From: Chloroflexota bacterium
GTDB taxonomy: Bacteria > Chloroflexota > Dehalococcoidia > UBA2979
Assembly: GCA_002716405.1 (NCBI GenBank)
Contig: PBBA01000004.1
Coordinates: 2,482-66,481 of the forward strand
DNA: 64,000 nucleotides
Direction: 5' to 3'
Positions 29,928-39,291 of the stretch are shown here, piece after piece (position 1 is the stretch's first letter; every line of letters begins with the position of its first letter). The notes below the pieces were generated by a model. That model was not told the origin of the DNA. It worked only from the letters and a program-made list of their open reading frames with translations, and searched no databases. The position numbers were made by a program, and so were the translations under genes.

Positions 29928-30359
29928 TCAAGATTCAACAATTCGAACACGTGACGCTGGAGTATTATGTAAACAAATTTCACAACGATAGTGCACTTCA
30001 ACTTGATGTCCACATTCTTGATCAATTAGCTGGAGATCATGATCGGCCCATCGTTGTCCCCATTCAGACATAGCACCAATGACTTTACCCAGACCGTGCC
30101 CTTTACGAGTTAATTGATAGTATCGACGTACAGAAACCTTATTTGGATCAGATTCACGTACAATAATATCTAAGGATTCTAACTTTCTAAGACGGTCAGT
30201 TAATACGTTAGAAGCAATGCCTGTAATAGAAAGTTGTAGTTCAGAAAATTTTGTACGGCCACGCAAAAGATCTCTTACAACCAATAAACTCCACCTATCA
30301 CCTACTATGTCTAAAGTTGCACCAATCGGACATCGCGGTGCATGTAAATTTCGATCCAT
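29928..30359 (-). CDS. HxlR-family winged-helix transcriptional regulator with Cys/His-containing C-terminal extension
   Basis: CPIGATLDIVGDRWSLLVVRDLL...F.EL is the HxlR signature. An extra ~35-aa tail carries C..H....H..C..C.H. Confidence 0.8.
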   Translation of the reverse strand: MDRNLHAPRCPIGATLDIVGDRWSLLVVRDLLRGRTKFSELQLSITGIASNVLTDRLRKLESLDIIVRESDPNKVSVRRYYQLTRKGHGLGKVIGAMSEWGQRWADHDLQLIDQECGHQVEVHYRCEICLHNTPASRVRIVES

Positions 30360-30397
30360 AATCTATACCTCATGAAAATTGTTTTCTCCTATTGCAT

Positions 30398-30420
30398 TTT
30401 ACTTGTTTTATACAAGTAAA
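30398..30420. promoter_or_regulatory. Perfect 9-bp inverted repeat (TTTACTTGT-N5-ACAAGTAAA) in the hxlR/fbiC divergent intergenic region; candidate operator
   Basis: Read directly from the sequence. It lies 39-61 nt upstream of the HxlR start and 51-73 nt upstream of the fbiC start. Confidence 0.45.
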
Positions 30421-30470
30421 TAAACAGAGAAAGTTGTTACAGTTATGGACGCAAATCACGGAAGCGTAAC

Positions 30471-32966
30471 ATGGGAAATATAAAGCAATCTATCGCAAAA
30501 AAATTACTCAATAACGAAAAAATCTCTCTACTTGAGGCATACGATTTAATTGATTTAGATACTGATACAAATATTTTTAAATTAGCTTCTTCCATTCGCG
30601 ATCACGGATTTGGGAATACTGTTACGTATTCAAAAAAGGTTTTTATTCCTCTTACTAAACTCTGCAGAGATGTTTGCCACTATTGCACATTTGCACAACC
30701 ACCTCAACCTGGTGAAAACGCATATTTAAGGCCTGAAGAGGTATTAGAAATTGCACGACAAGGAAAAGCTGCTGGCTGCCATGAAGCGCTTTTTACACTA
30801 GGTGATAAACCTGAACTACGTTATCCGTCCGTAAGAGAAGAATTAGCCCTACTTGGATATGCAACAACTATTGACTATCTGATTGCAATGGCAGAATTGG
30901 TATTCCAAGAAACTGGTCTGTTACCGCATGCAAATCCCGGTGTAATGAGTAGAGAGGACATGATTAAACTTAGAGCCGTATCTCCCTCTCAAGGAATCAT
31001 GCTTGAAACAATCTCCAATAGACTTTCTGAAAAAAATATGCCGCATTTTGGTTCACCAGATAAAGATCCTGTAAAACGCTTAAATACTATACGTTTAGCT
31101 GGGGAACTAAAAATTCCATTCACTTCAGGAATTCTTATTGGGATTGGAGAAACTAGAAAGGAACGAATTGATTCACTTTTCGCACTCCGTGAACTTAATG
31201 ATGAGTATGAGCACATTCAAGAAATAATTATACAGAATTTCCGTGCGAAACCTGGTACAAAAATGGCCTCAGCACCTGAGCCTGATCTTGATGACTTACT
31301 TTGGACTATCGCAATTACAAGATTTATTTTCGGACACACGATGAGTATTCAAGCTCCACCAAACTTAACTCCCCATATCTTTAACCAACTAATCCATGCA
31401 GGGTTAAATGATTGGGGAGGAGTCTCCCCAATCACACCTGATTACGTAAATCCTGAAGCTCCTTGGCCGGAATTAATTGAACTATCCGAAAGAAGTGCTC
31501 AACAAGGAAAAGTTTTAGTAGAACGATTGACTGTTTACCCTAAATATATACATACCTCTGAAGAATGGGTAGATAAGAAATTCTGGCAACCAATTTTCAA
31601 CACCATTGATACTGAAGGATTGGTTAGATCGGACAGTTGGAGTCCTGGCGACGAATTATCGAACCCACCTGCTTCCTTAACACCTGACCAAAATGGGATT
31701 TGGCCACTCGATGGCCTCACTGGAACAAATGAAGTTACAAATATCTTGGAGAAAATTTCACAAAAAATAGAACTAACAGAAGCCGAAATAATCCGACTCT
31801 TCCAAGCGCGCGGAGATGATATAGCTAAAATTAATGAAGAAGCGAATAAGTTAAGAAAACATGTTTCAGGTGACATAGTGACTTATGTCGTAAATCGTAA
31901 TATCAATTATACAAATATCTGTTACTTCAAATGTCAGTTTTGTGCATTTTCAAAAGGAAAGCTGGCAGAAAATCTTAGAGGAACACCTTATGACCTTGAT
32001 TTAGAAGAAATAGCAACTCGTACTCAAGAGGCTTGGGAAAGAGGTGCTACTGAAGTTTGTATGCAAGGTGGTATTCACCCAGATTATACTGGGAGCACTT
32101 ATTTAGAAATTCTTGAAACAGTAAAAAGTGTTCAACCCAATATGCACGTGCATGCATTCTCTCCTTTAGAAGTGTGGCAAGGTGCTGCAACTCTTGGAAT
32201 TCCTTTAAAAATATATCTTACTCAGCTTCACGCTGCTGGATTAGGATCTCTACCTGGAACTGCGGCTGAAATATTAGATGACGAAGTTAGAAAAAACCTC
32301 TGTCCTGACAAAGTTAATACAGAACAATGGTTACACGTAATGGAGACTGCGCATTCAATTGGTCTTCCTTCAACTGCAACAATAATGTACGGGCATATAG
32401 AACAGACAAAGCATTGGGCGCGCCACTTGCTCCGTATAAAAAAGTTACAACAAAAAACAGGAGGTTTTACAGAATTTGTTCCTTTACCATTTGTACATAT
32501 GGAAGCCCCCATCTATCTCAAGGGACGTGCACGAAAAGGTCCTACATATCGTGAAGCGATACTCATGCATTCTGTATCACGCCTAGTTCTCCATCCTGAC
32601 ATTAAAAATATTCAGGTGTCTTGGGTGAAAATGGGGCCTAATGGTATCCGTGCATCACTTCTTGCAGGTGTCAATGATCTTGGGGGTACATTAATGAACG
32701 AAAGCATTACAAGATCTGCAGGGGGAGAATTTGGGGAGGAACTATCACCAGAAAAAATGGACCACATAATCGATTCAATTGGACGCAAGCCACAACAGAG
32801 AACAACAAAGTATGTAAATTCCAAAGACGATCAAATCTCGCGATCATATGGAACATCACCTTTACCAAAACGTACAGTGAAAGCTTCAAAAAACTGGCTG
32901 CGCAAAACTGATCAAATGCTTATACGACCAGGTTTTGAAAAAGAAGTGCTCGATCCTCATCGTTAA
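30471..32966 (+). CDS. fbiC: Bifunctional FO synthase (7,8-didemethyl-8-hydroxy-5-deazariboflavin synthase, CofG+CofH fusion)
   Basis: Two radical-SAM CxxxCxxC motifs (CRDVCHYCTF and CYFKCQFCAF) in an 831-aa protein. The domain order matches fused FbiC. Confidence 0.9.
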   Translation: MGNIKQSIAKKLLNNEKISLLEAYDLIDLDTDTNIFKLASSIRDHGFGNTVTYSKKVFIPLTKLCRDVCHYCTFAQPPQPGENAYLRPEEVLEIARQGKAAGCHEALFTLGDKPELRYPSVREELALLGYATTIDYLIAMAELVFQETGLLPHANPGVMSREDMIKLRAVSPSQGIMLETISNRLSEKNMPHFGSPDKDPVKRLNTIRLAGELKIPFTSGILIGIGETRKERIDSLFALRELNDEYEHIQEIIIQNFRAKPGTKMASAPEPDLDDLLWTIAITRFIFGHTMSIQAPPNLTPHIFNQLIHAGLNDWGGVSPITPDYVNPEAPWPELIELSERSAQQGKVLVERLTVYPKYIHTSEEWVDKKFWQPIFNTIDTEGLVRSDSWSPGDELSNPPASLTPDQNGIWPLDGLTGTNEVTNILEKISQKIELTEAEIIRLFQARGDDIAKINEEANKLRKHVSGDIVTYVVNRNINYTNICYFKCQFCAFSKGKLAENLRGTPYDLDLEEIATRTQEAWERGATEVCMQGGIHPDYTGSTYLEILETVKSVQPNMHVHAFSPLEVWQGAATLGIPLKIYLTQLHAAGLGSLPGTAAEILDDEVRKNLCPDKVNTEQWLHVMETAHSIGLPSTATIMYGHIEQTKHWARHLLRIKKLQQKTGGFTEFVPLPFVHMEAPIYLKGRARKGPTYREAILMHSVSRLVLHPDIKNIQVSWVKMGPNGIRASLLAGVNDLGGTLMNESITRSAGGEFGEELSPEKMDHIIDSIGRKPQQRTTKYVNSKDDQISRSYGTSPLPKRTVKASKNWLRKTDQMLIRPGFEKEVLDPHR

Positions 32967-33065
32967 ATAAAATATATTTTTTGAAATTATTTAATATTTT
33001 TACTTGATACTAAGTCTCATTTCGATACTATACTCTGACAAACAAATATTGAGACTAGGTATCAT

Positions 33066-34043
33066 ATGAAAAAAATACTATCAAGCATCGCAACATTGAT
33101 TATTATGGGGACTGTTCTTATAAGTTGTTCTGATGATAATTCAGACAGCAGTACGAGCAGTAGTAGCAGTACAGAAAACACAGAAGTAGCTAAGATTGAA
33201 GTTTCTGCGACTATTTTCCCAATCTATGACATCGCACGACAAATTGCAGGTGATCAGATTGAAGTGCATTTATTAATTGCACCTGGAGAATCTCCACACA
33301 CCTTTAATCCCACACCTTCTACAAAAGAAGAAATTGAACACTCAGAACTTATCTTTGCAATTGGTAATGAATTAGATACGTTTGCAACTGATATTAGTTC
33401 AAATCAAGAAAAAATCATCATAGTTGATAAAAATCTTACGCTTATAAAATATGAAGATGACCATGATGACCATGACGATGATAAGCATGGCGACGAAAAG
33501 CATGACGACCATGATCACCATGCCCACGGTGAATACGACCCGCACTACTGGTTAGATCCTATGAATGCAAAAGTGATGGCAGTAACTATTGCTGATGCGC
33601 TTGCACAATTAGATCCAGCGAATGCAGAAAGTTACAATTCACGAAGTAGTGCTTTTGCTACAGAAATAGACGCACTGCACACTGAGTTAGTTGAATTGGC
33701 AGAGTTAGCTCATGATAAAAGCTTTATCACGTTCCATGACTCAATGGCGTATTTAGTCGCAAGATACGACCTAAGCCTTGCTGGAACTTTTGAGCCTACA
33801 GGAGCAGAAGAGCCTTCATCTCAATATTTGCATGAACTGAGCGAAGTTGTAGAACATGATAATGTACTGGCAATTTTCTCAGAGCCACAATTATCGAGTT
33901 CGTCTCTTGAGCCATTTATGAAAGACAATAACTTATCCCTAGCCACGTTAGATCCTCTTGGTGGTGTAGATGGAAGAGGTTCATATCAAGCATTGATTCG
34001 CTATAACATCGAAACAATTACCGAGACGCTCAAGGATAAATAG
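33066..34043 (+). CDS. znuA: Zinc ABC transporter substrate-binding lipoprotein ZnuA-like
   Basis: Lipobox LISCS. ZinT/TroA-fold motifs (PGESPHTF, DPHYWLDP). A long His/Asp-rich loop DDHDDHDDDKHGDEKHDDHDHHAHGE (about nt 33453-33530) is typical of Zn-specific ZnuA. Confidence 0.85.
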   Translation: MKKILSSIATLIIMGTVLISCSDDNSDSSTSSSSSTENTEVAKIEVSATIFPIYDIARQIAGDQIEVHLLIAPGESPHTFNPTPSTKEEIEHSELIFAIGNELDTFATDISSNQEKIIIVDKNLTLIKYEDDHDDHDDDKHGDEKHDDHDHHAHGEYDPHYWLDPMNAKVMAVTIADALAQLDPANAESYNSRSSAFATEIDALHTELVELAELAHDKSFITFHDSMAYLVARYDLSLAGTFEPTGAEEPSSQYLHELSEVVEHDNVLAIFSEPQLSSSSLEPFMKDNNLSLATLDPLGGVDGRGSYQALIRYNIETITETLKDK

Positions 34044-34066
34044 TACTTAAAATTTTATGATGTGAT

Positions 34067-34137
34067 TGCGCATCTTTATCGAGATTAGAAAGTCAGAATC
34101 CCTTCTTTTGGCTTTCTAATATTGATAAAGATGCGTA
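34067..34137 (+). promoter_or_regulatory. Large intercistronic stem-loop between znuA and znuC
   Basis: A 14-bp lower stem (TGCGCATCTTTATC / GATAAAGATGCGTA, one G-U), a 3x3 internal loop, a 9-bp upper stem (ATTAGAAAG / CTTTCTAAT) and a 19-nt loop. No trailing U-run. Confidence 0.55.
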
Positions 34138-34166
34138 TCATACTATTCGGCCCAAAGGAAAATTTT

Positions 34167-34925
34167 GTGACATCCAAAGTATTTAGTAGTCAAGCAAACA
34201 TTATTGAATGTGAAGAGATTACTGTCATTAGAGACAATAAAGAAATCCTTTGTGCAGCTTCCTGCTGTGTACCAAGGAATTCATTAACATTTCTCGTAGG
34301 TGAAAATGGAACAGGTAAAACAACACTTGTCCAAACGATGTTGGGAATATTACCGCAGCGTGAAGGAAAAATTTCTGTACACTCGTTAAATAGAGAAAAA
34401 GTAAATATTGGATATGTTCCACAAAGTATAGAATTTCCCAAACAGTTACAGTTAACAGTTGCAGAATATCTTCGATATGTTTCTAACTTAGATACGGAAG
34501 ACATACATAATTCCCTGAAAACTGTCGATTTTCCTTTATCGCACCTACGTAAAACTATTAATCAATTGTCAGGTGGACAGCGACAAAAATTATTACTAGC
34601 TGCAGAACTTTCAAGAAAACCTGACATTTTATTTTTAGACGAACCGCTCTCAAATGTTGACGATACGGGTGAGAAACACATTCTCGATGTCATTCTTGAG
34701 ATTAAAAATAAAGGCGTCACAATCATACTAATAACACATGACTGGCAAATGGTATCTACCTATGCAGATCATGTTATTTGTTTAAACAAAAACTTCCTAT
34801 GTGAACAAGGAACTTCATGTATCTGTAAAAATTCGTTATCAAAAGTGAATATAAAACAAATACAAAAAATTACCCCAGACCCCCTGAATACACATGATGG
34901 TTATTGCTATATTGAAAATGTGTGA
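34167..34925 (+). CDS. znuC: Zinc/metal ABC transporter ATP-binding protein ZnuC-like
   Basis: Walker A GENGTGKTT, signature LSGGQRQK and Walker B ILFLDEP. I prefer GTG 34167 (AAGGAA RBS). The track TTG 34122 and ATG 34131 lie inside the intercistronic hairpin. Confidence 0.8.
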   Translation: MTSKVFSSQANIIECEEITVIRDNKEILCAASCCVPRNSLTFLVGENGTGKTTLVQTMLGILPQREGKISVHSLNREKVNIGYVPQSIEFPKQLQLTVAEYLRYVSNLDTEDIHNSLKTVDFPLSHLRKTINQLSGGQRQKLLLAAELSRKPDILFLDEPLSNVDDTGEKHILDVILEIKNKGVTIILITHDWQMVSTYADHVICLNKNFLCEQGTSCICKNSLSKVNIKQIQKITPDPLNTHDGYCYIENV

Positions 34926-34928
34926 CCT

Positions 34929-35774
34929 TTGTATTTAATTGAAATAATTGAAATTCCCTTCATGCAAAGAGCACTTGTAGGAGCTGCCCTTCTAGCAGTC
35001 ATACTTGGGCTTTTTGGCGTATTTATGGTGCCACGCAAACTTTCTTTTATGGCAGATGGTATAGCACATGCCTCTTTATTCGGGATAGCTGTAGGATTAC
35101 TTGTTGGTGGAATGCCTTTACTTTGGGCAATAGGATTAGCAGCAATTTTAGGCTGTTTCCTCGCAAAAATTAGCGATAATGAATCCATCCCAATGGATGC
35201 TGTAATTGGAATTTGTCTTGTAGGTGGTATGAGTGGCGCACTAATTACTATGACTTTTATCCCGGGTTACAAACCAGAACTTTTTAGTTATCTGTTTGGA
35301 AGCATACTTGGTATCGAATGGGGGGACATATATATCCTTGGCACATTAACTGTCGTGACACTCGTTATGTTCAAATTACAGTGGCGTACATTAGTAATAA
35401 CTACAATACATAATGATCTTTCCAAGGTCCTTGGCCTCAAGGCCAACACGGCAAAATATTTCCTCTTTATTGGAACATCTATAGCGCTAATTGGAGGAGT
35501 GAAATTACTAGGAGTAATCTTGATCTCTGCACTACTAGTAATACCTTATTCAAGTGCCAGTCTGATTGGAAAATCATTGAAATCATGTGTGATTCTAACG
35601 CAAATCATTGCAGTAGCTGGGACGATAGTTGGGATATTCATTTCATACATTTTTGATTTTCCAACAGGACCAGCAATCGGACTATTATTGGTTGCAATCT
35701 ATATACTGTCTGCCACATATGCAAAAATTAGATCGCAACCAATATGGAAATCTCAACACACACCATCAGACTGA
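34929..35774 (+). CDS. znuB: Metal ABC transporter permease ZnuB-like (ABC-3 family)
   Basis: Multi-TM protein. N-terminal ...PFMQRAL.GA.L and ADGIAHASL.G are typical of ABC-3 permeases. Confidence 0.85.
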   Translation: MYLIEIIEIPFMQRALVGAALLAVILGLFGVFMVPRKLSFMADGIAHASLFGIAVGLLVGGMPLLWAIGLAAILGCFLAKISDNESIPMDAVIGICLVGGMSGALITMTFIPGYKPELFSYLFGSILGIEWGDIYILGTLTVVTLVMFKLQWRTLVITTIHNDLSKVLGLKANTAKYFLFIGTSIALIGGVKLLGVILISALLVIPYSSASLIGKSLKSCVILTQIIAVAGTIVGIFISYIFDFPTGPAIGLLLVAIYILSATYAKIRSQPIWKSQHTPSD

Positions 35775-35784
35775 ATATCATTCT

Positions 35785-36918
35785 CTACCATTGAACAAAC
35801 ATCGGCATCACTACATGAACAAAAGATTCATCTGCTATTGGTCGAATTATTCCAGGGCTAGATGGAGAAGAAGTGTCAATAATTGCACGATCTGTGTCCA
35901 TTACTTGTAAAGCATCAAGTAAATATCTGCCATTAAATGCAATTTGTGTTGGCTCTCCTTCAACGATAGCGTCAATCTCACCTTCATTATCGCCAACTTC
36001 ATCCGCACGAGCGGTAATCTCTAATCTCCCTGGAGAATCCCCTTCACCTGGGCTACCAACCAAACGTACAATCCCTGAACCATCTCGAGCAAAAATTGAG
36101 GCAATCCTAGTCTCACGTATTAACTCAGACACTGAAAATTCAGTATGTGTTGCCGAATCACTCGGAATTAACTGATTATAGTTTGGAAAACTACCTTGAA
36201 TGAGCTGAGCAACTAATTTTGCATGCCCTAAATCAAATTGCACCTGTGTCCCGGATGAATTAAACGTTATCACCACATCAGCATTAGTTTCTGTCAACAA
36301 ACGACTCAATTCACCTAGAGCACGTGCAGGGATAATCACAGACCGAGGTTCAATATTTTGTTCAATCTCCATTGTATGAACTGATAATCTAAAACCATCT
36401 GCAGCAGCAAAACAAATTTCATCAGAAGAAATTTCAACATTAACTCCAGTAAGTACGGGACGTGAGTCATCAGTCGCAGCAGCAAAAACAGTTTGATTAA
36501 TCGCCTTACGTAAATTTTCACTATTCAAAGTTAAGCTAGCAGCATCATCAACAGGGGGAATTGGAGGAAAATCTTCAGGATCAAGACCTCCAATAGATGC
36601 CGTATTCCTAGCGCAGGATAAACTTACTTGTTTAGCACGACCAGCGAGACTAAGAGTAATTGTTTCACTTGGAAGCGTAGCAACAAAATCTGCTACCAAT
36701 CTTGATGGCATGGTAATCGAACCTGGCTCTTCAATTTCAGCTGGAATACTATAAGTTATAGCAATTGTTTCCGCATCCGTTGCAGAAAGCAGAACTCGAC
36801 CATCAGAGGCATCAAACAAAATATGTTGAGTAATAGGTAAGGTAGTACGAGCTGGAATGGCGCGAGCCACCGCAGAAAGACCACGATGCAGATATTCTTG
36901 TTCACAGGAAAGGCGCAT
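35785..36918 (-). CDS. dnaN: DNA polymerase III beta sliding clamp
   Basis: 377 aa. N-terminus M.L.C....L...L..V.RAIP.R.TLPI..H.L. Three-domain repeat pattern. The C-terminus ...P......MPM.V is typical of DnaN. Confidence 0.9.
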   Translation of the reverse strand: MRLSCEQEYLHRGLSAVARAIPARTTLPITQHILFDASDGRVLLSATDAETIAITYSIPAEIEEPGSITMPSRLVADFVATLPSETITLSLAGRAKQVSLSCARNTASIGGLDPEDFPPIPPVDDAASLTLNSENLRKAINQTVFAAATDDSRPVLTGVNVEISSDEICFAAADGFRLSVHTMEIEQNIEPRSVIIPARALGELSRLLTETNADVVITFNSSGTQVQFDLGHAKLVAQLIQGSFPNYNQLIPSDSATHTEFSVSELIRETRIASIFARDGSGIVRLVGSPGEGDSPGRLEITARADEVGDNEGEIDAIVEGEPTQIAFNGRYLLDALQVMDTDRAIIDTSSPSSPGIIRPIADESFVHVVMPMFVQW

Positions 36919-37043
36919 TTTCTGCCTTACTTTGATTAATACTTAAATGTTTTCTCAAGTACACGACAATTACATAGATTATTATAAAACTGATTACACA
37001 CTTCAGCAATACTATTTATAATGAGTGCTTCACTGACCTTAAA

Positions 37044-37832
37044 TTAGCAATTAATAATTTCTGGAATAGAAAGTAGTGAATCTGAAACAAAATCAGGATC
37101 TGGTAATTTTTCCAACATTAAAGCAAATTTATCGTCATTTTTTACTTTTTCAGCATTTTTCGTTGAATTACGTCTAATCCATAGAGTTTTTAGCCCAGCA
37201 TTGTGTGCACCACCTATATCGGCAATAGGTGAGTCCCCTACATATAAAATTTGCTCTGGTGAAAATCCAGATATTTTACAGATATTAACAAAGATATCTC
37301 TATGAGGTTTATATATACGTAATGATTCAGAACTTTCGACAATATCAAATAAAAGACCAGCTTTACTAAGTGAGGCGTTTAGAAAATCATTATCTGCATT
37401 AGATAGAAGGCCCAAATCAATTTTAATTTTTGATAACAATGATAATGTTTCTCTAACATCAGTATATAAGTCTGCTTCAGCAATTAGTTCGCGCACAGTA
37501 TTAGCAGCACTTACTGAATCACCTATCAAATGATAGTGAAAAAATGCTTTTTCAAATTGCCGACGCCATATTTCCCATTGTGAATGCCATTCGGGAAGAG
37601 AACCATTAAGAACAGTGGATGGATAAGGATCTTCTTTATTAGGTCCCGACAAACCCCAAACTCCAGATTCGGAGTATTTATCAACCCAAATTTTATAAAA
37701 CTTTTCATAGTCAAAATCAATTCTTTGATCATCCAAAATTTGCGCGATAGCACCACGGAATTGATCACCTTCAAATTCAAAAAGTGTTCCGTAAGCATCA
37801 AATAAAATTAATTTTATATCTAAGTTTTTCAC
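37044..37832 (-). CDS. HAD-superfamily hydrolase, L-2-haloacid-dehalogenase-like (type II)
   Basis: Motif I reads LFDAYGTLF (DxYGT as in L-2-haloacid dehalogenases). SN.. and YVGDS..D..GA are motifs II-IV. The cap is enlarged. Confidence 0.65.
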   Translation of the reverse strand: MKNLDIKLILFDAYGTLFEFEGDQFRGAIAQILDDQRIDFDYEKFYKIWVDKYSESGVWGLSGPNKEDPYPSTVLNGSLPEWHSQWEIWRRQFEKAFFHYHLIGDSVSAANTVRELIAEADLYTDVRETLSLLSKIKIDLGLLSNADNDFLNASLSKAGLLFDIVESSESLRIYKPHRDIFVNICKISGFSPEQILYVGDSPIADIGGAHNAGLKTLWIRRNSTKNAEKVKNDDKFALMLEKLPDPDFVSDSLLSIPEIINC

Positions 37833-37841
37833 AGCAACATT

Positions 37842-38465
37842 CTATCTGTCATAGGAAGATGCCACACTTAATAAAACACGATCTGCCAATTCAGCAATTT
37901 CTTTACGTGCCAATTCTGCTTCAGACTCTTGTAGTTTATTTCTTACGACTAAATGTCGAGCAGTTTCATCTAATGATCTTCTAAAAAACACAACAGCCTG
38001 TATTGCCTGCAATAAAGTTACTTCGAGTTTTCTTAATTCCAAACCATACATCATTCCAATTTCATCCACTTCTTGATCTAAGGATTTTCTATCGCCTCGA
38101 CCAGTTATATAATCGTTAACGATCTCAGCCAAACGATGACCTAAAGGTCTTAGTTTCGATCTTTTCTCATTACTTAAGTGACGGTACCAAATTGGTTCAC
38201 CTGAAATTTGTGCTAATTCATTTCTAATTCGGCTTACAGCTTCATTAGCAATTTGGTCGACATTTTCATTATTATCTACTAACGCTAAAATATCCCCCCA
38301 AGAAAAGCGTCTGTGCCCACCTGGTGTTCTGAACACCCGTAACTTACCAATATCTGCCCATCTTCGAACAGTACTACCATTTACACCCAAGTATGAAGAA
38401 GCTTGACTTAAAGTTACCCATTTTTCTGTAAAATCTTCATTGAGATGAATTCGCTTCTGGTTCAT
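37842..38465 (-). CDS. MerR/excisionase-type HTH DNA-binding protein with helical C-terminal domain
   Basis: WVTLSQASSYLGVNGSTVRRWADIGKLRVFRTPGGHRRF is an excisionase/MerR-type HTH. The C-terminal ~140 aa are helical with no recognised family. Confidence 0.6.
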   Translation of the reverse strand: MNQKRIHLNEDFTEKWVTLSQASSYLGVNGSTVRRWADIGKLRVFRTPGGHRRFSWGDILALVDNNENVDQIANEAVSRIRNELAQISGEPIWYRHLSNEKRSKLRPLGHRLAEIVNDYITGRGDRKSLDQEVDEIGMMYGLELRKLEVTLLQAIQAVVFFRRSLDETARHLVVRNKLQESEAELARKEIAELADRVLLSVASSYDR

Positions 38466-38508
38466 AGGCTCTGGCTATCTAGATCTTATTGCTAAAACAG
38501 TACAAAAA

Positions 38509-38820
38509 TTAATCAGAGTTATTTTTTTTCTTTCGTTTATCAGATTTAGGAGTTTCTAGTTCCTCTTCAGTAATATCAGCGACAGCTTCTTGCGCTGTTA
38601 GACCACGACGCATTCTTCGTGCAATGGCGACTGCTGCAATTATTACTAAAGACGAAGATATCGCTGCACCTCCAGCAATAAATTTATGTCGCTTAACTAA
38701 ATCAGGAAATCGTTCAAGAAGATCATGCGCTAATTTAATAGCATCACGAGTAACATGATCAACTGTCTCACCTCCACTTGCCCGATCTTCATCAGGTGAA
38801 TGATCTAATTCATCTTTCAT
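38509..38820 (-). CDS. Hypothetical single-TM protein
   Basis: Central hydrophobic helix AAISSSLVIIAAVAIA followed by a basic tail KRKKKNN. No recognised family. Confidence 0.4.
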   Translation of the reverse strand: MKDELDHSPDEDRASGGETVDHVTRDAIKLAHDLLERFPDLVKRHKFIAGGAAISSSLVIIAAVAIARRMRRGLTAQEAVADITEEELETPKSDKRKKKNNSD

Positions 38821-38822
38821 AA

Positions 38823-39287
38823 TTAAAAGCCTTCGAATAGTGAAGCCATTCTAATTGCGGCTTCCATTGCATCGCTACCCATATTAGTTTTAGAACCGCC
38901 AGCTCGCGCTTCGGCTTGCGATCGGTTTTCTGCAGTTATCACACCTAACGTTACTGGCACTCGATATAACCTACTGACATCAGCAATACCGCGAGCACAT
39001 TCACCTGCGACATAATCAAAGTGAGAGGTTTCACCTCGTATTACACATCCTAAGCAAATTACCGCATCATATGAATAAGATGATGCTAACGCCTCTGCTA
39101 CTAATGGAATTTCAAAAGCTCCAGGGCAATAAAAGACAGAAATACTAGAATCAGAAACTCCGGCTTCTTTTGCTTTAGTCAATGCACCTTCAAGTAAGCG
39201 TTCAGTTATATCTTCGGTAAATCTTGAAACTATAATAGCTAGTCGAAAAAAAGATCCATCTAGATCACCTTCATAAAATTTAGGCAT
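38823..39287 (-). CDS. ribH: 6,7-dimethyl-8-ribityllumazine synthase
   Basis: PGAFEIP, G.VIRGET.HFDYV. and the T.GVIT...Q.A..RAG motifs. I prefer ATG 39287 (MPKFYEG...). The track start at 39320 would overlap ribBA. Confidence 0.9.
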   Translation of the reverse strand: MPKFYEGDLDGSFFRLAIIVSRFTEDITERLLEGALTKAKEAGVSDSSISVFYCPGAFEIPLVAEALASSYSYDAVICLGCVIRGETSHFDYVAGECARGIADVSRLYRVPVTLGVITAENRSQAEARAGGSKTNMGSDAMEAAIRMASLFEGF

Positions 39288-39291
39288 CGGA

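Noticed and set aside
29913-29932. Short hairpin CTTGAA-N8-TTCAAG between the convergent hydrolase and HxlR genes, considered as a bidirectional terminator.
   Set aside because: The stem is only 6 bp and AT-rich, has no flanking U-run, and overlaps the HxlR stop codon. The evidence is too weak to call.
36919-37043. Possible oriC/DnaA-box cluster upstream of dnaN.
   Set aside because: No close match to TTATCCACA was found by eye on either strand, and dnaA is absent from the neighbourhood.
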